Source of the DNA: the human T2T-CHM13v2.0 reference genome, Homo sapiens
Strand: one strand, 5' to 3'
NCBI RefSeq assembly: GCF_009914755.1
Contig: NC_060927.1
Length of the DNA: 64,000 bases
Shown here: one piece after another, positions 1 through 16,210 of the stretch
How the letters are laid out: the number at the start of each line of letters is the position of its first letter
Position numbering within the stretch: the first letter of the stretch is position 1
Made by a program: the position numbers and the translations under genes
The notes under the pieces: generated by a model
Seen by the model: only the letters and a program-made list of their open reading frames with translations
What the model was told of the DNA's origin: nothing
Databases searched by the model: none

Positions 1-3000
1 GTTTTGTTTGACATAAGTATAGTGACTTCTGCTCCTTTGTGTTTCCATTGGCATGGAATACCTTTTTCCATCATTTTATTTTAAATCTATGTGTGTCTTT
101 ATAGATCAAGTGTGTTTCTTGTAGGCAACAGTTCAATGGGCTTTGCTTTGTCATCCATTCAGCCAGTCTTTGTCTTTTGTCTGGAGAGTTTAGTTCATTT
201 ACATTTAATGTTAGTATTGATAAGTAGAGACTTAACCCTGATATTTTGTAATTTGTTTTCTGGTTGTTTTATGGTATTCTCTTCCTTCTTTTTTTTTTAT
301 TCTGTCTTCTTTGAATGAAGATTATTTTCTCTGGTACTATGATTTAGTTTTTTGCTTTTTATTTTTTATGTATACACTGTATGTTTTTTGGTTGGAGCTT
401 ACCACAAAGCTTTCAAATACTAGCTTATAACTCATTATTTTAATTTGATAACAACTTAACACTATTTGCATAAACAAGCAAAAAGAAAACTAATAAAAAT
501 CAACTTTATTTCTCCACTTTTTAACTTTTGTTGTTTGTATTTATGTCTTATTGTGCTGATTGTCTCTTGAAATTTTTTTGTAGTCATTATTGTTGATTGG
601 CTCATTGTTTAGTCTTTATTCTTAGGATAAGAGTAGTTTACCCACCACAGTTACAGTGTTATAATATTCTGTGTTTATCTGTGTGCTTACTATTACCAGT
701 AAGTTTTTTACCCTCAGGTAATTACTTATTGTTCATTAATATGATTAATGTCCTTTTCTTTCTGATTGAAGTACTCTCTTTAGCATTTTTAGTAGTATGT
801 GTTTGGTATTGATGAAATCCCTCAGCTTTTGTTTGGAAGTCTTTATTTCTCCTTCTTGTTTGAAAGATATGTTTGCTGCATATATATTCTAGGGTAATTT
901 TTTTTTTCCTTCAGCACTTTAAATATTCCACACCACTCTCTCCAGGCCCATAAAGTTTTCACTGGAGAGTCTTCTGCCAAACGTACTGAAGCTCCATTGT
1001 ATGTTATTTTGTTCTTTTCTTTTGCTACTTTTAAGACCCTTTCTTTATCTTTGACTTTTGGGAGTTAAAATACCTTGAGGAAATCTTCTTTAGGTTAAAT
1101 CTGCTCAGTGTTCTATAATCTTGTATTTGGATATTTATCTCTATCTCTAAGTTTGGGAAGTTGTTATCCCTTTGAATGAACTGTGGCCTCTTTAAGGCCA
1201 ATAACTCTTAGAGTTGCCCTTTTTTGGCTATTTCCTAGATCCCATAGGCTTGCTTCTTTTTTTTATTTTTTATTTTTTGTCCTCTGACTGTGTATTTCAA
1301 AAGGCCTGTCTTCAAGCTCACTATTTTTTTCTTTTGCTTAATTCATTCTGCTATTAAACAACTCTGATGCAGTTTTTAGTATGCCAGTTGCATTTTTCAG
1401 CTCCAGGATTTCTGCTTCTTTTTAATTATGCCAATCTCTTTGTTAAAAGTACCTGATATAATTCTGAATTTCTTCTCTGTGTTATTTTGAATTTGTTTTA
1501 GTTTAATCAACACAGCAATTTTGAATTCTGTGTCTCAAAGGTCATATATCTCTGTTTCTCCAGGATTCATTCCAGATGCTTTATTTAGTTCATTTGATGA
1601 GTCCATGTTTTCCTGGATGGTGTTGATGCTAGTAGATGTTCTTCAGTGTGTGGGCATTGAAGAGTCAGGTATTTATGTAGTCTTCACTGGAAGGCTGTCC
1701 AGATATTTGAAAGGACTTGGGTGTTGAAATCTAGGCTGTTTCCACTTTAGAGAGTACCTGAAACTCAGTAACATGGTGGTTCTTGCAAACTTGTAGAGGT
1801 ACAGTCTTGATGGTCTTGGACAAAATCCAGGAGAATTCTCTGGGTTAACAGGCATAGACTCTTGTTCTCTCCTCTTACTTTCTCACAAACATACAGAGTC
1901 TCTGTCTGAGCCACCTAAAACTTGGGGTGGAATGACACAAGCAGGCCTGTGGCCATCATTACTATGTCTGTGTTGGGTTGGACCTAAAGCTGTAATAGCA
2001 CTAGGTGTCACTCAAGTCCCCTTTACTTTTCTTTCTGCTTTTCTCAGGCAGGAGTTTTGCCCCATAGCAATCACAGCTGGTTATATCCTGAGTCTCACCT
2101 GAAGCCAGCAAGCGTCAGAGACTCATGAGGTCCTTGGTGTAGTAGCTGGGTATAGTTGCTGGTTATTCAGGGCCAAGAGGCTCTTCAGTTAGCAGATGAT
2201 GAATGCTGGCTGAGCTAGGTCCTTTCCTTTGAGGTAGCTGATTTCCTTCTATCCCAGAGCGTGTCTAGAAATATCATCTGTGGGTTAGGGGCTGGAACAG
2301 GGGCCTCTTGACTCTGATCAGTGCCGTATCCTACTGTAGCTGAGCTGTTTTCTAAAATGCAAGGCAGAGTCCTCCCCACTCTTTCCTCTCTTCTCCTCAA
2401 GCAGAATGAAGGGATATCTTTTGGAGCCCTAAGCTGTGAAGCCTGGGGTTAGAGGAGGAGTGATGACAGCACTCCCTTGGCTGCCCTTGGCTGTAACATG
2501 CCTCCCCTAGTCCACAGCCTCTGGACCTAGCTCAGACATAAGACTTTCCTATGAGCTATGGTTCTTATGGCCTAGATTACCTTTCAGGTTTACTTAGAGA
2601 CCAATAGTACTTTGGTTGGTGAGGTTTGCAGGCACTCAAGTTCAAAATGCTAGATTTTGCAATTCCCTTCTGGCTAGGGCTGGTTTACATGCTCCCTCCA
2701 TGGGCATGCAACAGCTGAATTTTGTCTGGCTTGCCTTTCTGCTCTAACGGAATAGCACTGAGTTTAATGCCTCACAACTGGTGTGTTCTCTCTTTCTAAG
2801 CATCAGAGAAGCTCTCTGTACCATGTCTTTGCTGCCAGGGGTGGAAGGCGGGTGGTGGCAGTGATTCAAGACTGTTTTTTCTATATCTTTAGTGCCTCTC
2901 TCAGCAGTATGAAGTTAAAACCAGATACTGTGAGTGCTCACCTGATTTTTGGTTGTTATAAAGGTATTTTTTTTCCATGTAGATAGTTGTTAACTTGGTG

Positions 3001-3060
3001 TTCTTGTTGGAAGTGTGGGTGATTGGTGGAGCTTTCTACTCTGCAATCTTCCTCTGTCTC
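1..3060 (-). mobile_element. Old LINE-1 (L1PB/L1MA-type), 5' part: start of ORF2 endonuclease, spacer, ORF1 and 5'UTR remnants
   Basis: 1-250 resembles the reverse complement of the ORF2 EN N-terminus (compare 8640-8880). 780-1700 resembles antisense ORF1. The GC-richer 1700-3060 ends in a ...caatctt motif like an L1 5' terminus. No intact ORFs. Confidence 0.8.
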
Positions 3061-3869
3061 TTTATATATTTATTTTTCTTAATAAATGGGTAGAATAATT
3101 TTTTTCCAGGTTGACAGTAATTTTTTTTTTTTTTTGCCAGATTGTAAGTTTGTCACATGAAATTACCCCAGGAACCAATAAAACAAATGTCCGTGTTTTA
3201 ACAGTCCTTGAGATCCACATCTCAGGCAACAGAGTTTATTTAGTTGGCTAAAGCAGGCAAATTCACCTAAGCATAGCTGTAGAGATTCATTTGGCTCTGA
3301 ATTGAGATCAAAGGCCCTTTCACTGCAATCCAAAAAGAGTTTTTTGTCTCCAATTAAACTAATATTTTTCTTCTTATTAGAAAAACATGTTTTCTGTTTT
3401 TATGAACATTCTGAAACATCATTAGACCCTTAAGAACTCAAGCTATGTCTGCACTTCATCCAAAAAACTAAACAACATTTTAATTTTACAGGAATTATTT
3501 TCAGCAGAATTTTAATTTTGCTTATTAATTTCTTAGTTTCTCCTACATTTTGAATAACTTATTTTAAATTCTTTTCAGGATTCTCACTCTGGTAAGGAGA
3601 AAACTATTGAGTTCAGATTCTACATGAAGAAGCCCTGAACTCAGCAAGTCATCACATAAAAATGTTAAGAGGTCTATGTCTCACAAAAAAATTCAAGCCC
3701 AAGCTGGACTGAGGGTAAATTAGCTCAAACTCAGAAAGAATTCAGCTCAACAGCTAATTGGATTAAGGCAATTATCCCCAAGTCTAGATGTCTAGCAGAG
3801 GCCAATAATCCACCATATTAGAAGATAGCCATATCTGGAACTTACATGATTTTTATTTAACCATTGCCA

Positions 3870-4380
3870 TTCTGGTTCTGGCCATGATGGAGAAGCTAGT
3901 ATCAGATTTCACTCCCATAATAAACAAATATAAAAATGACCAATACATATGAAGCAACTATTTTCAGACTTCAACAGTGATAAACATAGGACTGTGCTCA
4001 TTGAGAAATGATAAACACAAGTCCCACTTTTACCAATTTTATTCTTAAGACATTTGCATAAGTGTATCACAGAGAAGTGGAGTCAAAGTAGGAAGCAGCA
4101 ATTTTGATATTGGAAGAAAAATGGATTAGAGTTTAAAGACACCAGCACAGAAAGAAAGCCCTAAACTTAGGAGGTGAGCAGCAGAGAAAGTCCTAAACTT
4201 TTTTGTAGGGTTTTTTCCTTAGGTCGCTGTCCAATTTTTAAGATGCATACGCAGCTGGCAAGGCTTTTGGAGGTTTGGTATTGAACAGCTTCTGCATTCA
4301 CTCACTGCTAGGAAACCCTGAATTTCTGACTTAGCCAAGGTTCAAAGACCATACAAGTGTCAGGCATGTATTTAAGACCA
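3870..4380 (+). mobile_element. Probable ancient L1M 5'-end fragment
   Basis: Starts ttctggccatgatggagaagctag, similar to old L1M 5' termini; A-rich on +; highly diverged. Confidence 0.4.
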
Positions 4381-4381
4381 C

Positions 4382-4735
4382 TGATATGGTTTGGTTGTGT
4401 CCCCACTCAAATCTCACCTTGAATTGTAATAATCTTTATGTGTCAAGGGCAGGGACAGGTGGAGATAACTGAATCATGAGGGTGGTTCCCCCATACTGTT
4501 CTTATGGTAGTGAATAAGTCTCAGGGTATCTGTTGGTTTTACAAATGAGAGGTCCCCTACACAAGCTCTCTGGCCCACCACCATGTAAGAAGTCCCTTTG
4601 CTCTTCCTTCATCTTCCTCAATGATTGTGAGGCCTCCGTAGCCACGTGGAGTTGTGAGTCCATTAAACGTCTTTCCTTTATAGATTACCCAGTCTCGGGT
4701 ATGTCTTCATTAGCAGCATGAGAACAAACTAATAC
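4382..4735 (+). mobile_element. THE1 (C/D-like) MaLR LTR
   Basis: Starts tgatatggtttggttgtgtcccc, ends gcagcatgagaacaaactaatac; ~355 bp. Confidence 0.9.
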
Positions 4736-4828
4736 TTTTAATTAAGCTGAGCACTCTTTAAGAAAATCCTTTTAAATTCCTTATTACCCAATTTCAGCCA
4801 TGACAAGTGGCCAATATTTCTGGCTTTC
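4736..4828 (-). mobile_element. ERV1 internal fragment (MER61-int-like), left of the L1 insertion
   Basis: Continuous with 10877 onward across the L1 target-site duplication. Confidence 0.6.
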
Positions 4829-5068
4829 TTTTTTTTTAAATTTAATTTTATTTATTTATTATTATTATACTTTAAGTTTTAGGGTACATGTGCACAATGT
4901 GCAGGTTAGTTACATAAGTACACATGTGCCATGCTGGTGTGCTGCACCCACTAACTCATCATCTAGCATTAGGTATATCTCCCAATGCTATCCCTCCCCC
5001 CTCCCCCGACCCCACAACAGTCCCCAGAGTGTGATGTTCCCCTTCCTGTGTCCACGTGTTCTCATTGT

Positions 5069-8910
<3,842 letters not shown>

Positions 8911-8958
8911 TTATTTTGCTCGTTAGTTGATACAGTTTCTTCCTAGTCTCGATGGTCT

Positions 8959-9972
8959 TTACATTTTGGCATGATTTTGCAGCGGCTGGTACCGGTTGTT
9001 CCTTTCCATGTTTAGCACTTCCTTCAGGAGCTCTTTTAGGGCAGGCCCGGTGGTGACAAAATCTCTCAGCATTTGCTTGTCTGTAAAGTATTTTATTTCT
9101 CCTTCACTTATGAAGCTTAGTTTGGCTGGATATGAAATTCTGGATTGAAAATTCTTTTCTTTAAGAATGTTGAATATTGGCCCCCATGCTCTTCTGGCTT
9201 GTAGAGTTTCTGCCGAGAGATCCGCTGTCAGTCTGATGGGCTTCCCTTTGAGGGTAACCTGACCTTTCTCTCTGGCTGCCCTTAACATTTTTTCCTTCAT
9301 TTCAACTTTGGTGAATCTGACAATTATGTGTCTTGGAGTTGCTCTTCTCAAGGAGTATCTTTGTGGCGTTCTCTGTATTTCCTGAATCTGAATGTTGGCC
9401 TGCCTTGCTAGATTGGGGAAGTTCTCCTGGATAATATCCTGCAGAATGTTTTCCAACTTGTTTCCATTCTCCCTGTCACTTTCAGGTACACCAATCAGAC
9501 GTAGATTTGGTCTTTTCACATAGTCCCATATTTCTTGGAGGCTTTGCTCATTTCTTTTTATTCTTTTTTCTCTAAACTTCCCTTCTCGCTTCATTTCATT
9601 CATTTCATCTTCCATCACTGATACCCTTTCTTCCAGTTGATCACATCGGTTCCTGAGGCTTCTGCATTCTTCACGTAGTTCTCCAGCCTTGGTTTTCAGC
9701 CCCATCAGCTCCTTTAAGCACTTCTCTGTATTGGTTATTCTAGTTATACCTTCTTCTAAATTTTTTTCAAAGTTTTCAACTTCTTTGCCTTTGGTTTGAA
9801 TGTCCTCCCATAGCTCGGAGTAATTTGATCATCTGAAGACTTCTCTCAGCTCGTCAAAATCATTCTCTGTCCAGCTTTGTTCTGTTGCTGGTGAGGAACT
9901 GCATTCTTTTGGAGGAGGAGAGGCGCTCTGCTTTTCAGAGTTTCCAGTTTTTCTGCTCTGTTTTTTCCCCAT
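8959..9972 (-). pseudogene. L1 ORF1 (RNA-binding chaperone), premature stop
   Basis: ATG at 9972 reads MGKKQSRKTGNSEKQSASPPPKE...FR then TGA at 9831-9829. The C-terminal 248 aa are open (RPNLRLIG, YPAKLS, ...QNHAKM). Confidence 0.95.
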
Positions 9973-10856
9973 CTTTGTGGTTTTATCTACTTTTGGTCTT
10001 TGATGATGGTAATGTACAGATGGGTTTTTGGTGTGGATGTCCTTTCTGTTTGTTAGTTTTCCTTCTAACAGACAGGACCCTCAGCTGCAGGTCTGTTGGA
10101 GTACCCAGCCGTGTGAGCTGTCAGTCTGCCGCTGCTGGGGGGTGCCTCCCAGTTAGGCTGCTCGGGGGTCAGGGGTCAGGGACCCACTTGAGGAGGCAGT
10201 CTCAGATCTCCAGCTGCATGCTGGGAGAACCACTGCTCTCTTCACAGCTGTCAGACAGGGACATTTAAGTCTGCAGAGGTTACTGCTGTGTTTCTGTTTG
10301 TCTGTGCCCTGCCCCCAGAGGTGGAGCCTACAGAGGCAGGCAGGCCTCCTTGAGCTGTGGAGGGCTCCACCCAGTTCCAGCTTCCCCACTGCTTTGTTTA
10401 CCTAAGCAAGCCTGGGCAATGGCGGGCGCCCCTCCCCCAGCCTAGCTGCTGCCTTGCAGTTTGATCTCAGACTGCTGTGCTAGCAGTCAGCGAGACTCTG
10501 TGGGCGTAGGACCCTCCGAGCCAGGTGCGGGATGTAATCTCCTGGTGCGCCGTTTTTTAAGCCCGTCGGAAAAGCGCAGTATTCGGGTGGGAGTGACCTG
10601 ATTTTCCAGGTGCCCTCTGTCACCCCTTTCTTTGACTGGGAAAGGGAACTCCCTGACCCCTTGCGCTTCCCGAGTGAGGCAATGCCTCGCCCTGCCTTGG
10701 CTCGCACACGGTGCGCGCACCCACTGACCTGCGCCCACTGTCTGGCACTCCCTAGTGAGGTGAACCCGGTACCTCAGATGGAAATGCAGAAATCCCCCGT
10801 CTTCTGTGTCACTCACGCTGGGAGCTGTAGACCGGAGCTGTTCCTATTCGGCCATC
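9973..10856 (-). promoter_or_regulatory. L1 5'UTR internal sense/antisense promoter (CpG-rich)
   Basis: Typical L1PA 5'UTR sequence with many CpGs retained; the terminal YY1 motif is clipped. Confidence 0.85.
10419..10635 (+). pseudogene. L1 ORF0 (antisense), disrupted
   Basis: ATG at 10419 gives MAGAPPPA then TAG at 10443-10445; second in-frame TGA at 10599-10601. Confidence 0.85.
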
Positions 10857-10876
10857 CATCAATATTTCTGGCTTTC

Positions 10877-12015
10877 AAGGTTTACTAAAGGTAACTTCCC
10901 AGGTGCTGAGAGAAAAAAAAATTTAAGGCGGTTCATGGAGGGGAAGAGAGTCAACAAATGGTAAAGTTCACATAGATATCAAAACAGAAAGGACTCATTC
11001 CCTAAGCCAAGATTGAACCTGGGCCACCATTACAAAATGCAGGAGGCTAAAACAAAGCACTGCCACATGGTTACATGTCACACTTCCAAGGACATAAAAC
11101 AAGATGTAGGTCTGCAGCAAAGTTTGCCATTGAACAGTTTGCTGGGCTGGCTTGAACAACAGGGTTATGGAGTCATAGGCCTACATTCCTTCCTAAGGTA
11201 TCCCTCTTTCTGACAGAATCATACAGAAAGACACACAAAGCACACCAGATTGGCTGCAGCTTAAGACATACGTCACAAATCATTTTTTATAATTAAAACT
11301 TTACAGAGAATATAAACAGTGATAGTTGGGGTCCTGGCCTACTAATACATCTTCTAAAAGGAAAAAAGAAAAAGGCCTCTCACATAAAAGTTAATTCCTG
11401 GTCTAGTGGGGAATAGAAAAAAAAAAACAGCTGAAATTGCAGGGCTGTGTTAACTGCTGACAGAGTGTAGAAAATAAAAAAACAACTTAAAGTGCAGGGC
11501 TGGAAAGATGTCTTGAGGAAGACCTTCCTATTCTTATGCAAATGAGCTTCTCCAAAAGGGAGAGAAAAGTTTAATTGCTGTTTCTTCCCTGGGGCTCCAT
11601 CCAGCCAGACTCCTTGGCTGGGGAAGGGGGAGACACTGTGGACTCCTGGCAGGGAACACTGGCCAGCCTGCTGTATAGGGGGGCCTTGGGCCATGTGTCC
11701 CATCCCCAGCTGTGAGGGAAGGTGAGGTGAGCCACGGCTCTCCTGTTTGTCCCATGTGCACACCTATGGCCATTAGGGTAAAGATAAGATAGGTGCCATT
11801 ACAGTCCCAAATAGAAGAAAAATATCATAGAAATGATGGAGTTTGAGCGAGGCCAACATTCCTAAATCCTGAGAGTTTTGGCAGGTTGCTGGGTGCAGTT
11901 TCCTCTATCCTCAGAAGAAGTCTGCTGACAAGAAAAAGCTCAAAAATGAAAGGGAAAGAGATTTTTTGGTCTGCATTTTACTCACATTTTCTCATATCCT
12001 TGTATGGCACCAAAA
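10877..12015 (-). mobile_element. ERV1 internal region (MER61-int-like) including primer-binding site next to the LTR
   Basis: Minus strand reads TTTTGGTGCCATAC immediately after the LTR, a PBS-like TGG start; non-coding leader-type sequence. Confidence 0.7.
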
Positions 12016-12435
12016 TGATGCAGAATTTTTTGCTCCCTACGTCAGCTAAAATTTAGGTTCTTGTCTCAATACTAGGAAAACTTAGGCACATGGACACACT
12101 GAAAGGTGAGGAGAGTGGAATTTATTTTTAAAAAGCTCTCAGAAAAAAAGAGTGGGGTCCTGCCAACAGGCTCCCACCTCAAAGACTGAATACTAGGCCA
12201 TCACACATCAGCTGAAGAGATGAGGCTCCCCCCTACTGAATAAGGTATGACTTCCCAGTGGCTCCACCCCATTCTCCCAGTGTGCAGGTGGGCCCTTAGT
12301 CTCAGCCACTCCACATTGATTTATTTTTCTTACTACACATGTGTTAAGGGTGGAATTTTTCACCATAGGCATGTGTAGGCAAGCCACCAATGTACAATTA
12401 CCTGGGCAGCATTTGGCTGTCTCCTGTCTTTACCA
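12016..12435 (-). mobile_element. MER61-family LTR (5' LTR of the provirus)
   Basis: Minus strand TGGTAAAGACAGGAGACAGCCAAATGCTGCCCAGG...GGCTTGCCTACACATGCCT...CATCA matches the recalled MER61 consensus; TG...CA termini; ~420 bp. Confidence 0.8.
12367..12386. promoter_or_regulatory. p53 response element-like motif in the MER61 LTR
   Basis: AGGCATGTGT AGGCAAGCCA: two RRRCWWGYYY half-sites, no spacer, one mismatch each, both CWWG cores intact. Confidence 0.65.
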
Positions 12436-12648
12436 GCAACAGTGAGAATGAACACAGAAGGAACTACCAAATACTTATAAAATCATCAGATCTTGTGAGA
12501 ACTCACCTGCTATCATAAGAATCGCATGGGGGAAACCACCCCTATGATTCAATCACCTCACCTGGTTTCTCCCTTGACATGTTGGGATTATGGGGATTAT
12601 GGGAATTCAAGATGAGATTTGGGGTGGGGATAGAGCCAAGCCATATCA
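12436..12648 (-). mobile_element. Partial MST/THE1 MaLR LTR (5' half)
   Basis: cttataaaatcatcagatcttgtgagaactcac...gatgagatttggggtggggatagagccaagccatatca. Confidence 0.85.
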
Positions 12649-13489
12649 TCAGTTATAATGATGATGAAACCAATTCTTTCTTTTCTAGGGGGACACAAAT
12701 TCCACATTTGAAAGACACTATACCTACAGTAGGTAACAAGCACCTGAAGTTTAACTAGAAAAACTACTCTTTAATATGTGACATCAAAGGATAAGTAATC
12801 ATGGAATCTTATTTTTTCTTCCTTAATGGAATATTTTATTGCTTATGTCCCTGCATAGATATGTCTGGGTATAATAGTGATTTGCATAAAGGTAAGAAAG
12901 TTGTGGAGAAGAAAAGAAAGTTTAAAACCATATCATGTGATTGTGGCCAGATGGGAAAGGAAGAAAATTGGAGAGAACAGTCAAAATTTTTGTTACGAGA
13001 CAGGCCTCAGTAATAGAAAAAAAATTTTCTCCTTCCTTCTATATATTAGCTAGACACCAGTAAACTGAGGTCTGGAGGAAATACATTGTCATATTGCCAC
13101 CCTAAAACATGTAAGAGAACCCAGAGCCCTCACCCTAGTCATCACATCACTCCCTGGTTAGACTGGAATCAGTTTAGCACCTGAAAGCATGGTTGTGTCC
13201 TGCTGCACATGGCAGGCCTCACCAAACATTCAAGAGCCTCACTAGCCATCCAACACAAGAGGCTGTATTAGAATTGCCAAGCTTTTCTGAGCATGGGTGA
13301 AGTGTCAGAAAACCACTTTCAAATAGAACTGGGAAAACTAGCCGTGATCCTGTGGAGAGGTCAGAAACATCTTAACAGAGTTAGATGTAAAGAGTGGTGT
13401 GGATTTATTTACACTTATTTATACCCAATAACATATAGATTTGAGAACTTTTAAACTATTCTGTACTTATTGTACATTTTCTTTAGAAT

Positions 13490-13660
13490 TGTCACAACAG
13501 CACTGCAGGGTGATAATAGAATTGCCTTGTTTTTTTTCAGGTGAAAATAATAAAGCTTTGCAAGTGTAGGTAATATATCCAAAGACAGAGATAATAAGTA
13601 AATAGACCCCAACCCAAATTCAGATCTGCTACCTCCAAAAGCCATTTACATTTTACTGCG
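13490..13660 (-). mobile_element. MIR SINE (degraded)
   Basis: Resembles the MIR core (caggtgaaaataataaagct...aggtaatatatccaaagacagaga...ttcagatctg). Confidence 0.5.
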
Positions 13661-13863
13661 CTGTTCTGAGTTTACAAAAGCATTTTGTAAAATGAAAGGT
13701 GTTATGTGAGAGCAAATTATATTATTTCTCACATTTTAATATTTTATGGAAATTATTGATGAACATTTTTGGGTCTTAGTCACAAGGTGTGTCAATTATA
13801 TATTTTTAAAATTACTTCTAAATATCCAGTGATCTTCACTGATTCTCAAACATATGTACTGTT

Positions 13864-13898
13864 TACACTTGATCTTAGCCAAAAGGTCAAGAAGTGAT
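13864..13898 (-). pseudogene. 3'-truncated U2 snRNA retro-pseudogene (nt 1-35)
   Basis: Minus strand ATCACTTCTTGACCTTTTGGCTAAGATCAAGTGTA versus U2 ATCGCTTCTCGGCCTTTTGGCTAAGATCAAGTGTA (3 transitions). Confidence 0.9.
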
Positions 13899-14204
13899 AA
13901 ATTCTTTATGTAATAATCATTAAAAGTTTACTTAATATGATATTTTATAGCTATAATTAAATATAGAATCCACATGTTTATATTCCTGGAGTTTGTCATT
14001 TTTATTGATGAAAACTATCTCACTTTAGTAAACTTTTCATCATAATGTAATAAAAGTCTTTATAGTTATTAAACATTTAGACATATTGTCTGGTTATCTG
14101 ATTCTCTAAATACAGGTTGGAAGGTTTAATCGATTCTTTTTTGGAAGAGATAGGAGAATTAGGATAATTTCTTCCAGGAAAATAAATGGGATATGACTCT
14201 TTCT

Positions 14205-14498
<294 letters not shown>

Positions 14499-14659
14499 GG
14501 ATATGACTCTTTCTAGCTCTCTCTGAAAAGCCATGCACTTGTTCTACTTTTAGTATGTTGGTATGCAGAATTGAAGTTACAATGTCACATATCTTATACA
14601 ATGCCTAGTTAAGCATATATTAATTACATACTATTTGTTTTTGAAAATCAGTGTCAGGC

Positions 14660-14880
14660 AATTGAAAGAATCCTTGCTCTGGAGCCAGAGCAGGCTTAAA
14701 TTCTGCCTTTGCCACTACTGCATAAGACTATGGAAAACTAGTTTGTTTGTTTTTTCTGGGTCTCAGTTTTAGCTTTTCCTGGCTGAAAAAGTGAATAATA
14801 GTGCTCCCATGTGATAGTAATAAATGTTAGATTGATTTAATGAAATACATGTCAAACACCACGTTAATATTTGGACTTGC
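14660..14880 (+). mobile_element. MIR SINE
   Basis: ctctggagccagagcaggcttaaattctgcctttgccactact...tctgggtctcagttt. Confidence 0.6.
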
Positions 14881-15574
14881 AGGTGACAATTAATAGCTGA
14901 TTGCTGTCTTTAATATTGTTTTGTGAAGTTGGAAAATGCATTGGCAAATATATTTACAGAAGTCAATTTTTCATACTTCATATCAAAATCTAAATATTCC
15001 CAAAATCTTAGCTATATTGGGAGTCATGAGTAATCATGTGACTAATCATTTTATTTATAGTAAAAATATGTGCAAATTGGATAGAGAATATCTCATCTCT
15101 GGAAATAGAAGCCTCAGCAACTAGTCTGTCTGGTTGTAGTTGCTATTCAAAGGTTAGTCTCCATCATCATAGATCTCCAATGGAATAAAAAGGGTCTCTT
15201 TTTTCTTACAGCACTCATCTTTCTATATCCCTCTCTTTCAAATTATAGCCATGACTCTCAATGTTGAAGTAATTCGGAAGCAAGATAGTAATCAGTGAAA
15301 TTTCATTAAACAAAGAATTCATAAAAATGTACCTGTTGCCCTAAGTGGCAGTTTAAATAACAACAAAGAGCAAAATGTAAAGAAATATAAAAATACATCT
15401 ATTTTATATGCAGCTGTTTAATAACCCGTACACTTAATGTATGGCAATAAAGTCAATGACAAAATGATTACTAATTCCTTTAAATTGAGTACATGTCTTT
15501 AAAAGGTAATATCTCAAACAATAAATCATAAAGCCAAATATACATAGGAAAACTTGTCAAACAAATTAAAAATA

Positions 15575-15904
<330 letters not shown>

Positions 15905-15999
15905 TTAACAGAAAAACTAGTACAAACAATGGGATTCCACTTTCCTTTCATCAGGTTTAATTAAAAATATTACATATATTTTTACTTATGTAGAATAAT

Positions 16000-16210
16000 G
16001 GCAATGTGCATGATGGTTACTGGGACAGTCTGGAAAATACCAACCAGTTTTTATTCCAAGCTCTGTCACTTACTGGAACAGCTACTTAACATCTTTTTGC
16101 CTCAGTTTCCTCACCAGTTAAGTAAGGTGTAATATTTTGTTAAGTAATATTTTGTTTTACTGAATTATTGTAAGTATTAAATGAGTAATTATATTGGACG
16201 AGATTATAAT
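16000..16210 (+). mobile_element. MIR SINE
   Basis: ctctgtcacttact...tacttaacatctttttgcctcagtttcctcacc...gtattaaatgag. Confidence 0.6.
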
